NCBI RefSeq assembly: GCF_000018305.1
Contig: NC_009954.1
Coordinates: 120,001 to 152,000 of the forward strand
From: Caldivirga maquilingensis IC-167
GTDB taxonomy: Archaea > Thermoproteota > Thermoprotei > Thermoproteales > Thermocladiaceae
Reading direction: 5' to 3'
DNA length: 32,000 nucleotides
Part shown: positions 12,091 to 20,660 of the stretch, piece after piece
Numbering within the stretch: position 1 is the first letter of the stretch
Layout: each line of letters starts with the position of its first letter
Notes under the pieces: generated by a model
What the model was told of the DNA's origin: nothing
What the model saw: the letters and a program-made list of their open reading frames with translations, nothing else
The model's database searches: none
Made by a program: the position numbers and the translations under genes

Positions 12091-12603
12091 TTAAATTGCG
12101 TAGTAGGATTGCTGCGTTGAGGCTGCCTTAGCCTGCTGAGTACTCTGCTGCCTGGCGGATTCAATGGCATCCTTAATCTTCACGTAATCCCTACCAACCA
12201 CTGTCACTTTAACAACATCACTAAGCACCTTAAACTCATCACCCAGGTTAACCACGTACTCCCTACTCAACAATACACCCTCGTAGACATTAATAACCAT
12301 AACCTGTCCCACAATCCTAAGGGACCCGTACTCGTATTGAATCATGACCGTTGAATGCTCCTCCGACCCATCGCCTGAACTCCCGAGGTAAAGGGTTTCA
12401 ATTACCTTAACCTTACCGTCACCCATGGGTAACTGCCCTGACACATGGATTATAGGCTTATCCTCAATGTAATTAACCTCAATATTAACACCCCTCTTCA
12501 AGTACTTAGCCACCTCACTACTCACTATACTCCTAATGTTCTCCATTGATTCAATCCTCTTAGCAAATAAGGGTACGCCACTAAGCATGCTAGTTAAATG
12601 CAC
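12091..12603 (-). CDS. Hypothetical protein with a Gln-rich C-terminal tail. The start is uncertain (12603 or the ATG at 12588).
   Basis: 170-aa ORF convergent with moaC, with the two stop codons 1 nt apart. I recognise no motif. The beta-rich core is followed by ESARQQSTQQAKAASTQQSYYAI. Confidence 0.55.
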   Translation of the reverse strand: MHLTSMLSGVPLFAKRIESMENIRSIVSSEVAKYLKRGVNIEVNYIEDKPIIHVSGQLPMGDGKVKVIETLYLGSSGDGSEEHSTVMIQYEYGSLRIVGQVMVINVYEGVLLSREYVVNLGDEFKVLSDVVKVTVVGRDYVKIKDAIESARQQSTQQAKAASTQQSYYAI

Positions 12604-12689
12604 TGGAGCTTAAAACATTTACCACGTTAAGCAGGCGCCACGACTCATAAGTTAAATAAGTATTCACTGATTAAGACCCAGTGGGCTTA

Positions 12690-13820
12690 ATGGTGAGTAG
12701 GTTAGTGAAGGCGTCTGTGGGCTTAACCTACGTTGGGTCAATTGCCGCCGGGGCATTCTCAACAGGTGTTGAGATTGTTCACTTCTTCACCTACTTTGGC
12801 TCATTAGGCGTCTTCAGTGTGATTTTAGCCACAATACTCTTCACAATATTCCCAGTAATTGGTCTTGAATACGCCAGGTTAACCGGGTTCTATGACTACG
12901 GTAGGTTCGTTAAGTCACTGATAGGAGGGGGATTATTCATACTCTTTGAGATTGTTTACGTAGCCTTAGTGGCATTATTCATAAGTGCCGTTATGGCTGC
13001 AGGTGGGCAAATGCTTCAATCAATACTCGGCATTAACCAGTACTATGGCTTAGTCATGATGTATGCGGTTTCAATAACCGTGATTACATTTGGTAGGAGG
13101 ATTGTCCTTGGGGCTGAGGCATTATTAACAATCATTAAGGTTTCAATAATAACATTAGCCACTGTGGCAGTAATAATCTTATCCTGGGGCAAGGTAACTT
13201 ATTCACTACACCATGTGATCAACCCCTCCGGTTGGCTTAATAACCCCCTGGGCTTCCTTGAGTCACCCATACTCTACGTGAGTTATAACCTAGTTGGCTT
13301 ACCGGCAATGGCCAGTGTTGCCCAGGACTTAGGGAGTAGGAGGGATGTTACTGAATCATCCCTAATCGGTGGATTAACACTAGGCCTAATGATTACTCTA
13401 GAGTACTTAGCCACAATAGGCTACTATAGTTTAGCCATTAATCCAAGTTACCAATTCGCCAACCTACCCATATACTACGCGTTACTGTACTCTAAGGCCC
13501 CCTATGGGTTAATTATACTTTACGTGGCCTTCCTATACATAGCCTTATTAACAGCCCTGGTCGGTAACGTGAATTCAATCACATATAGGGCCGAGGTGGC
13601 GTTGAGGGGTAGGAGAGGCGTGAGACCTATTGTTACAGTAATCATACTGACTGCAGCCACTGTAATAGCCACCAGTGGCTTATACTACATAGTGGCTGTT
13701 GGGTACACTTACTTATCGTACGCCTTCCTTGTATTATTCACAATACCCCTGGCCTCAGTGGGTGCCTATAGGGTCTTTATTAGACGCCCGAGAAAGGTGG
13801 AGGGTAGGTATGGTGATTAA
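12690..13820 (+). CDS. Polytopic integral membrane protein (about 10-11 TM), transporter-like
   Basis: The long ORF is almost entirely hydrophobic helices. I prefer the ATG at 12690 because a TATA-like ataagttaaataagta lies about 27 nt upstream. The track start at 12681 is a GTG. Confidence 0.75.
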   Translation: MVSRLVKASVGLTYVGSIAAGAFSTGVEIVHFFTYFGSLGVFSVILATILFTIFPVIGLEYARLTGFYDYGRFVKSLIGGGLFILFEIVYVALVALFISAVMAAGGQMLQSILGINQYYGLVMMYAVSITVITFGRRIVLGAEALLTIIKVSIITLATVAVIILSWGKVTYSLHHVINPSGWLNNPLGFLESPILYVSYNLVGLPAMASVAQDLGSRRDVTESSLIGGLTLGLMITLEYLATIGYYSLAINPSYQFANLPIYYALLYSKAPYGLIILYVAFLYIALLTALVGNVNSITYRAEVALRGRRGVRPIVTVIILTAATVIATSGLYYIVAVGYTYLSYAFLVLFTIPLASVGAYRVFIRRPRKVEGRYGD

Positions 13821-15649
13821 GCGCCCTTTTCATTAACCATGCTTCTCAACGCCTTAGCTAATTCTTCCCCGAGTTGATTAGAATTAGGCTTCATTGAGGT
13901 GTAAACCCTAGCGGCCTCCTCCTCAAGCCTCCTCCTCACTGAGTCAGGCATCTCCTTCCCTGAACCAATGAGTGAAAGCATGGACTCCATCCTACTCCTG
14001 AAGTTTGGGTCTATTAACGTTGGTGCGTACTTGGATAATGAGGTTATTAACGCTTTACCAAGCGGTGTGGGTACACACTGCCCCTTAATTATCTTGAAGT
14101 ACCTTCTCTTAACGTTAGTATGTATGTGGTCCTGCATAGTGGCGTCTGTACCTATACCGTACTTCCTCATTAACCTAAGCAACTCTGATTCACTTAAGTA
14201 GGGTGGCGGCGTGGTCTTCCTCTTAACAACCTTAGCATCCTTAACAGTGACCTGCATACCAATCCTTAATGCGCTTAAGGGTAGTGGATTAGCCCTAGGT
14301 CTCTCGAAGGGGTAAATCGTGAAGTAGCCGTCATTAATGATCCTGAGGCCTGAAGCCTCGAAGAGTACTCCACCAGCATCAACAGTAAGCCTCTGCTCCT
14401 CAATTAAGGCTGGGGGACTTAGGGTTGCTAGGAAATGCCTAACCACCAGGTCGTATATGAGCCAGTACTTAAAGTCCCTGAACCTAGCCATTAACTCAGG
14501 CTTATCAGCAGCCTTAACCGGGTGTATTGGCGGGTGGGCGTTATCATTATCCTTACCTGCAGTAGGCCTTAATTCACCAGCCAGTAGATGCCTTGCGTAT
14601 TGACCGTAGGTTGACGTTGAGGTTAGGTTCCTTAAAATACCCCTTAAATCCAGGGTGGGTGGGTAAATGTTGGTTTCAGTTCTTGGGTAGGATATGTAAC
14701 CCTGCCTGTAAAGCTCCTCTGCTGCATCAAGGGTCTGCTTACTCCTAATGTTGAGGAATCTACTAGCCCTCCTCTCAAGCTCCACGGTTTCAAGGGGCTT
14801 AGGTGGATTAACGTGAACCCTCTTAGCCTCAATATTCTTAACCACCGCCTTACCTGCCTTAACCCTACTAAGCGCCTCCTGGGCCTCCTTAAGGTTCTTA
14901 AACTTATCAATGGACTCTAATTCAATTAACTCACCGTTAGCCTCAATGATTAATTTAATCTTATAGTAAACCTCAGGCTTAAAATTCTCCCTCTCCAAGG
15001 CTCTTTGAACAACTAGGTTAAGCACCGGTGTTTGACAGGGGCCGTAGCTTAGGAACTCACCCCTATTTAATGGCGCCTTACTTGACTTGGCGCTTAAGGT
15101 TAATAGCCTAGTGAATGTTGCACCGTACTTAAGGTCAATAACCATTCTGGTGAAGACCTTCCTAGCAAGGTTAACGTTGATTGTTGTTAACTTACTGAAT
15201 GCCCTCCTAATATCATCCCTAGTGACCGCTGAGAATAATGCCCTCCTAAACCTTAAGGTGGGTTTCCTAAGCCTAGTCACAAGCATTACCTCGTAGGCTA
15301 TTGCCTCACCCTCAACATCAGAGTCTAGGGCGAGGATAATTTCCCTAGCCTGCTTCGATAATTCAACCAACGCCGTTACGTACGGCCTATCCCAACCCCT
15401 AATCACCATTACTGGCTCAAGGTCAAGGAGCTTACCCGGCTCCACTCTGTTCCAATTATTATAGGAGTGTTCAAAGTCGAAGTCAAGGATATGCCCCCTT
15501 AGGCCCATGGATGCCCAATACTCCCCATTAACCTTAAAGAAGTAGACGGGTACAATACCAATTCTCCTTAATGTGTATCCACCCTCAGCTAAGTATTGGG
15601 CTATAGCCTTAGCCACACTGTTCTTTTCAGCAACAATTAACTTATCCAT
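13817..15649 (-). CDS. topA: Type IA DNA topoisomerase (archaeal topoisomerase III-like)
   Basis: Toprim domain: MDKLIVAEKNSVAKAIA...ALDSDVEGEAIAYEV. The active-site tyrosine motif GYISYPRTETN is present. The protein is 610 aa with no C-terminal zinc-finger region. Confidence 0.9.
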   Translation of the reverse strand: MDKLIVAEKNSVAKAIAQYLAEGGYTLRRIGIVPVYFFKVNGEYWASMGLRGHILDFDFEHSYNNWNRVEPGKLLDLEPVMVIRGWDRPYVTALVELSKQAREIILALDSDVEGEAIAYEVMLVTRLRKPTLRFRRALFSAVTRDDIRRAFSKLTTINVNLARKVFTRMVIDLKYGATFTRLLTLSAKSSKAPLNRGEFLSYGPCQTPVLNLVVQRALERENFKPEVYYKIKLIIEANGELIELESIDKFKNLKEAQEALSRVKAGKAVVKNIEAKRVHVNPPKPLETVELERRASRFLNIRSKQTLDAAEELYRQGYISYPRTETNIYPPTLDLRGILRNLTSTSTYGQYARHLLAGELRPTAGKDNDNAHPPIHPVKAADKPELMARFRDFKYWLIYDLVVRHFLATLSPPALIEEQRLTVDAGGVLFEASGLRIINDGYFTIYPFERPRANPLPLSALRIGMQVTVKDAKVVKRKTTPPPYLSESELLRLMRKYGIGTDATMQDHIHTNVKRRYFKIIKGQCVPTPLGKALITSLSKYAPTLIDPNFRSRMESMLSLIGSGKEMPDSVRRRLEEEAARVYTSMKPNSNQLGEELAKALRSMVNEKGA

Positions 15650-15670
15650 TCAACAGTATTCAAGCGAAAC

Positions 15671-15681
15671 ATTTAATAAAT
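15671..15681. promoter_or_regulatory. Single AT-rich TATA element shared by divergent leaderless genes (topA and the Pro/Gln-rich protein)
   Basis: atttaataaat sits in a 58-bp intergenic region. It is about 27 nt from the minus-strand ATG (15649) and about 32 nt from the plus-strand ATG (15708). BRE-like (TFB recognition element) purine-rich tracts flank it, CGAAAC on the plus strand and GTGAAGGA on the minus strand. Confidence 0.5.
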
Positions 15682-15707
15682 CCTTCACTAAATTTAGGTT
15701 GATTGAG

Positions 15708-16556
15708 ATGTCAAGTGAGAAGAAGCCTGATGAGAAGAAGCAGACGCCTCAAGTACCTCCACCACCCATATTGACGCCGCAGCCTCAGCCGATTACTCAA
15801 GGTCAACAGAATCAACAAGGTGGGCAAGTTAACCCAATTGTTAAGCCACCTACGCAACAGGCTCCATCTCTGCCGCAGATTCCCTCACAGTACACACCAC
15901 CCCCTACTCAACAGCCCCAGAGACCAATGATGCAGCCTACCCAGGCACCCCAGGTACCGTATGCTTCACCTACATTACCACCACCATTACCGTATCAGCG
16001 TGTTCCTCCTCAACAAGCCCCGCAGCAGGCACCTATTCAATACCCTCCCCAGTATCCTCAGTATCCCCCTGCCTTACCCCCAATGATGCAGCAGTATCCT
16101 CCTCAGCCGCCGCCTCAACAGTTTATTAGGCCTGAGGAGCAGCTTTCAGTTAGTGGTGATGTTCACAGAGCCTTTAGGTACGCAATGGTGGTTGGTGTGC
16201 CATTAGCAGTGGGGGGTATTGTGATTGCTTTACTTGCATCCTTGGCAATAAGCATACCTGCCTACGTTTACTTAATTATGGGTGTTTCAGTGGTGTTACT
16301 GTCCATTGCCTTAATAATAACCAACTACTCCTGGTTTAGGTCCCTTAGAATACTTGAGAGCGAGATAGGTAAAATAAACCAACGCCTATCAAACCTCCAG
16401 CAAGCCAGGGCGCCGCCGATGCAGACTCAACCCATGATGCCTCTCCCACAGCAGATGCAGCAGAGGTACGTTATGCCACCACTCCCACCACCCTACATGC
16501 AGCAACCTCAAGGTGCTTCAGAGGGGGCATCGGATAGCAATGACTTCACTCAGTAA
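15708..16556 (+). CDS. Pro/Gln-rich low-complexity membrane protein with a two-TM hairpin core
   Basis: I prefer the ATG at 15708 (MSSEKKPDEKK...) because the track start at 15573 overlaps topA. The first 145 aa or so are P/Q-rich. Two hydrophobic helices follow (AMVVGVPLAVGGIVIALLASLAI and YLIMGVSVVLLSIALIITNY). Then come a short coiled segment and a P/Q/M-rich C-terminal tail. Confidence 0.7.
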   Translation: MSSEKKPDEKKQTPQVPPPPILTPQPQPITQGQQNQQGGQVNPIVKPPTQQAPSLPQIPSQYTPPPTQQPQRPMMQPTQAPQVPYASPTLPPPLPYQRVPPQQAPQQAPIQYPPQYPQYPPALPPMMQQYPPQPPPQQFIRPEEQLSVSGDVHRAFRYAMVVGVPLAVGGIVIALLASLAISIPAYVYLIMGVSVVLLSIALIITNYSWFRSLRILESEIGKINQRLSNLQQARAPPMQTQPMMPLPQQMQQRYVMPPLPPPYMQQPQGASEGASDSNDFTQ

Positions 16557-16589
16557 TTCATACGGCATTAAGGCTACTATTAAATACAG

Positions 16590-17372
16590 GTGGTTTCTGC
16601 ATTAAGGGATTATGACCTCCGGCGAGCGGTTTATAACCCCCTTCTTCAATTAGGCTTAATAGTGAATACAGTGCCGGATAACCCATTGAAGGATAATGAA
16701 CCCATTAACACCCTATTACTGTTGCCTGTCAAGGCTTTTGAAGCATTAACCACATACCCGGTGAGACTGAGTATTGTGAATGCCTTGATAAATGGGCCAT
16801 TAACAGTTACTGATGTTTCAAGCAGGTTAAAGTTAGCTAAGGGTATTGTGCATAGGCATTTGAAGGTTCTTGAGAAGCTTGGTTGGGTTACTGTGGCTAA
16901 TGATGAGGTCCTCAGGATACTTAACCTACCTAGGGAGGCTAATAGAGTGTACTACATGTTATCCTCATTAATATACTTCGGTTATAGTGTTGTTGTTAAT
17001 AATTATGAGGTTCAACTTAAGATTGATGGTAAATACGCAGCCTTCATAGACTCAAGGAAGGGGATTCTCATTGTTAAAACCCCCACCGCCACCTATGGTT
17101 GCGTTAAGTCCTGTGGAAACAGCGGCGAATGCTTTAATTGGGCTCTTAGGGTTTCAAGGAAGTTTAAGGTTCAGATTGAGGCACCGAGCAGTAGTGTTGA
17201 TGAGACCTTGGTTCAATTATTCCACGGAATATTGATTAAAGGCTTCACGTCACCTAAGGCTAAGTTACCTTTAATAAAAATAATTGACTTGAAGATTGAC
17301 AACATGTATAGGCAATGGTTAGGTAACCCAATTAGGGTTAATAACGTTAATCACAGGAACGGTGGGCAGTAA
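16590..17372 (+). CDS. ArsR-family winged-helix transcriptional regulator with an extra Cys-containing C-terminal domain
   Basis: The wHTH reads RLSIVNALINGPLTVTDVSSRLKLAKGIVHRHLKVLEKLGWV. The C-terminal domain of about 130 aa contains CVKSCGNSGEC. The GTG start at 16590 is uncertain. The gene lies 33 nt downstream of the previous gene on the same strand. Confidence 0.7.
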   Translation: MVSALRDYDLRRAVYNPLLQLGLIVNTVPDNPLKDNEPINTLLLLPVKAFEALTTYPVRLSIVNALINGPLTVTDVSSRLKLAKGIVHRHLKVLEKLGWVTVANDEVLRILNLPREANRVYYMLSSLIYFGYSVVVNNYEVQLKIDGKYAAFIDSRKGILIVKTPTATYGCVKSCGNSGECFNWALRVSRKFKVQIEAPSSSVDETLVQLFHGILIKGFTSPKAKLPLIKIIDLKIDNMYRQWLGNPIRVNNVNHRNGGQ

Positions 17373-17374
17373 GG

Positions 17375-17923
17375 CTACTGCCCCTCCTTATCCTTCCTCC
17401 TAATCTCAACCACATCACCTAACGTTACCTCACCGCCCCCTGATTCACCAAACTCCATTTCAGCCTCCTCCCTCTCAACAAGTAGCTTAATCCCCAGGAC
17501 CTTCTCCATTTTCCTGGCTAGGTTAATATCGGGGATTAGTTTACCATCCTCAATATTCCTAAGCGTGCTCTCCTTTATACCAAGCATGCTTGCTAATACG
17601 TCCCTACTCATACCTAACCTGCTTCTAGCATCCTTAATCACCTCACCGTAATTATCAATAACCTCAAGCCTCTCCGCTTGATTAACATTAACCTCATTAC
17701 GTCTCTTAACCTGCCTAACGGGGGTTATGTACCTCTGCCTTGGCTTAATCGTCGTTTGACCACTTGGGGTTTGTTGAATAACGCCTGAAACCACCCTAAC
17801 ACCCTTAACGTTAGCGTAACGGGAGGCGCAGCGTTGACATAGCGTTAATACGGCTCCATCTATTTCAACAACTATGGGTTCACCGTTTATTTCCCTCCCA
17901 CATATGTCACACGTAACTACCAT
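17375..17923 (-). CDS. mbf1: Archaeal multiprotein bridging factor 1 (MBF1) homologue: zinc ribbon plus XRE-type HTH
   Basis: The N-terminal zinc ribbon is CDICG...CQRC. The C-terminal HTH is LGMSRDVLASMLGIKESTLRNIEDGKLIPDINLARKMEKVLGIKL. Confidence 0.85.
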   Translation of the reverse strand: MVVTCDICGREINGEPIVVEIDGAVLTLCQRCASRYANVKGVRVVSGVIQQTPSGQTTIKPRQRYITPVRQVKRRNEVNVNQAERLEVIDNYGEVIKDARSRLGMSRDVLASMLGIKESTLRNIEDGKLIPDINLARKMEKVLGIKLLVEREEAEMEFGESGGGEVTLGDVVEIRRKDKEGQ

Positions 17924-18034
17924 ACTTCTTAGTAATGTAGCGTAGTATATTAACCTTTTGCTACCAATGAGCGATAATTCCTTTAATAGGGATTAAGGCT
18001 TAACTTTAAATTCATAATTAAAAATCCCTACACC

Positions 18035-19276
18035 ATGACGCAGGATAAGCCTGATTTAAGTAGGGTAATGAGTAAGGTGGGTGAATTAAGGGAATTCATT
18101 ATTAACCTATACAAGGACTTCATACCGATAAGGGCACTTGCCCCTGAGAATGGGGGCGATGGGGAGTGGGATAGGGCCCAGTACTTAATTAATGTTGCCA
18201 GGCAGTATTTTGATGATGTTAAGGTTATTGAGGCACCTGACCCTAGGGTGAGTAGGGGTTCAAGACCTAACGTGGTGGCTACCATTAAGGGGATTGATGA
18301 ATCTAGGACCTTCTGGGTAATAGCGCATATGGATACTGTACCAGAGGGTGATAGAGCCCTGTGGAGTGTTGAGCCTTATCAAGCGACTGTTAAGGGGGAT
18401 TTAGTGTATGGTAGGGGTGTTGAGGATAATGGTCAAGGCATAGTAATGGGCTTAGCCGTGGGTAAGGTTTTAAGGGATTTAGGCATTAAACCACCATTCA
18501 ACTATGGCCTAATACTGGCCAGTGATGAGGAGGTGGGGAGTAAGTATGGGATAAGGTACATACTGGATACTGAGAGGGATTTATTTAAGGCCAGTGACCT
18601 TATCCTCGTACCTGATGCAGGGAATCCCGATGGATCAATGATTGAGATAGCTGAGAAGGCAATACTTTGGTTAAGGATTACTATTACTGGTAAGCAGGGC
18701 CATGCCAGTGTCCCTGAGTCGGCCTTGAATGCCCATAGGTTAGGCATGATGCTTGCCCTTAAGCTTGATGAAGTGCTTCACAGTACCTATAATGCCGAGG
18801 ACCCATTATTCACGCCACCTGAGTCAACCTTTGAACCCACTAGGGTTGATAAGAATGTGGATAACGTTAACACTATACCCGGTAGACACGTGTTCTACTT
18901 CGACTGCAGGGTGTTACCTAGGTATAGTCTTGATGATGTCTTAGCCACGGTCAATAAGACTGCTGAGGAATTCTGCAGGGAGAAAGGCTGCGGATTCAGT
19001 GTTGAGGTTTTGAATAGGGATGACCCAGCACCCCCCACTAGTCCTAATAGTGAAGTTGTTCAGAGGCTTACTAGGGCTATTAAGATGATTAGGAACATTG
19101 ATGTTAAGTACATGGGTATTGGGGGAGGCACGTATGCTAAGTACATTAGGATGCTGGGTATTCCTGTGGCAGTCTGGATGACTTCAAGTAATACTGCGCA
19201 TTCCCCCGATGAGCGCGTTAACTTAAACGACGTCATAAATGATGTTAAGGTTACTTTAGCATCAATGATGATTTAA
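18035..19276 (+). CDS. M20-family metallopeptidase/deacylase (ArgE/DapE/CPG2-like)
   Basis: Metal-binding blocks FWVIAHMDTVPEGD, GRGVEDNGQG and SDEEVGSKYG are present, with a dimerisation-domain region (ITGKQGHAS). A TATA-like AT tract lies upstream of the ATG. Confidence 0.85.
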   Translation: MTQDKPDLSRVMSKVGELREFIINLYKDFIPIRALAPENGGDGEWDRAQYLINVARQYFDDVKVIEAPDPRVSRGSRPNVVATIKGIDESRTFWVIAHMDTVPEGDRALWSVEPYQATVKGDLVYGRGVEDNGQGIVMGLAVGKVLRDLGIKPPFNYGLILASDEEVGSKYGIRYILDTERDLFKASDLILVPDAGNPDGSMIEIAEKAILWLRITITGKQGHASVPESALNAHRLGMMLALKLDEVLHSTYNAEDPLFTPPESTFEPTRVDKNVDNVNTIPGRHVFYFDCRVLPRYSLDDVLATVNKTAEEFCREKGCGFSVEVLNRDDPAPPTSPNSEVVQRLTRAIKMIRNIDVKYMGIGGGTYAKYIRMLGIPVAVWMTSSNTAHSPDERVNLNDVINDVKVTLASMMI

Positions 19277-19312
19277 CCACAGGGCCATTTGAGAACCGGC
19301 AATGCTTGACCC

Positions 19313-20050
19313 TTACTTAACCTTACTTATCGGTAGTTTTCCACTTCTTAAATCATTAATTAGCTGGGTAAGCTCATTAATAGCTGACTCAAGTATTACC
19401 TTACCCTTCTCTACACTGGCTCTTGAGGGATAACCCTGAACAGCCTTAGTGTACTCTAGGGCGTAGGCGTCCTTACCATACACCCTGAACTTAACCTCAA
19501 CCCACTCATCAGCTGACCCATCCCTGGGAATCCACTTAACCAAGTGCGGGTAAGCCGCCCAAACCTCACTGGTCTCATCCTCTGCTGCATGACCCTCCGG
19601 GGTCTCTAGGACCTTCCTCCTAGCCTCCCTACCTAAGTCAATCCACCAGTTAACCAGGATTATGACTAGGTTAGTCTCCTTAGCTACATCCTTAGAGGCC
19701 ATGCTTAAAGCATCAACATTACCACCATGCCCATTAACCACCACTAGGTACTTCACCCCATTCCTAACAACCTCCCTGAATATTTCCCTATAAAGCATGT
19801 AAAGCACTTCATTGCTTATTGATATAGTGCCAGGGAACTTATCGAGGACATAAGTATTACCGTACCAAACAGTGGGGAGTAGTAGTGCATTCGTCCTCCT
19901 AGCAGCTTCCTCAGCTATGTAGGTTGCCATTAACGCATCAGTACCTAATGGTAAATGCGGCCCATGGGCCTCAACAATACCAGTGGGTAATATTGCTATT
20001 GTCTTATCAACCTTCTCGAAGTCAGGCCAGGTTAACTCCCACCAACGCAT
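19313..20050 (-). CDS. Creatininase-family amidohydrolase
   Basis: Family blocks are ILPTGIVEAHGPHLPLGTD, VVVNGHGGN and GHAAEDETS. The ORF is an intact 245 aa. Confidence 0.85.
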   Translation of the reverse strand: MRWWELTWPDFEKVDKTIAILPTGIVEAHGPHLPLGTDALMATYIAEEAARRTNALLLPTVWYGNTYVLDKFPGTISISNEVLYMLYREIFREVVRNGVKYLVVVNGHGGNVDALSMASKDVAKETNLVIILVNWWIDLGREARRKVLETPEGHAAEDETSEVWAAYPHLVKWIPRDGSADEWVEVKFRVYGKDAYALEYTKAVQGYPSRASVEKGKVILESAINELTQLINDLRSGKLPISKVK

Positions 20051-20052
20051 TA
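20030..20052. repeat. Left copy of a 23-nt perfect direct repeat spanning the creatininase start codon
   Basis: ggttaactcccaccaacgcatta is identical to 25825-25847. The flanking sequence on both sides is only about two-thirds identical by eye. Confidence 0.85.
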
Positions 20053-20660
20053 ACTGTACTTATCCACAAGCCCTTATAATATTAATCCCCCTGATTCATG
20101 CATAATTCCCTGAGTATCAGTATCCCCCTCATCATTTACCCAATAATATACTTCTGGTAAATTACACCGGGCCTCTTATCAATGCACTTAATCCTTATTA
20201 CCCTCCCTCCGTGGCGTTACCACTATATCCACTGGTGAGTTAAAGTACTCCAGGGTACTCATTATTCCCCACTTAATCTCCGCATAACCATGCAACTTAC
20301 CCAACCTCCTGCCTATGCGGATTCACTGTTATGGAGCTTATTATCACTAGGTCCATCTTCGGTAATTCCTGGGGTTATGGACACACACCTAAAGGCGCTG
20401 GCTATGGATCCAGGATTAAAACCCTCCCCTAATCCTTGGTACCGGCATTACCAGGGTCTTACCCATGCTTAATGCTAATTCCCTACACCTCCTCTGCGGC
20501 GAGCTTGAATTAATCTAATCACCCTTGGCGTTCTTAAATTCAAGGATTATTGATGCCAGGTTACAGTTAAGCATTGTCCGAACCCACGAAGTTAGGTATA
20601 TCCCTTAATATCCACGTGACGCATATTAAAACGTTTAAATTATGACTGACTAATCAATAC

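Noticed and set aside
20290-20472. 60-aa plus-strand ORF (MQLTQPPAYADSLLWSLL...)
   Set aside because: It has no promoter-like element at the right distance, no motif, and a composition unlike neighbouring genes. The region looks like decayed sequence, with better though still broken reading frames on the opposite strand.
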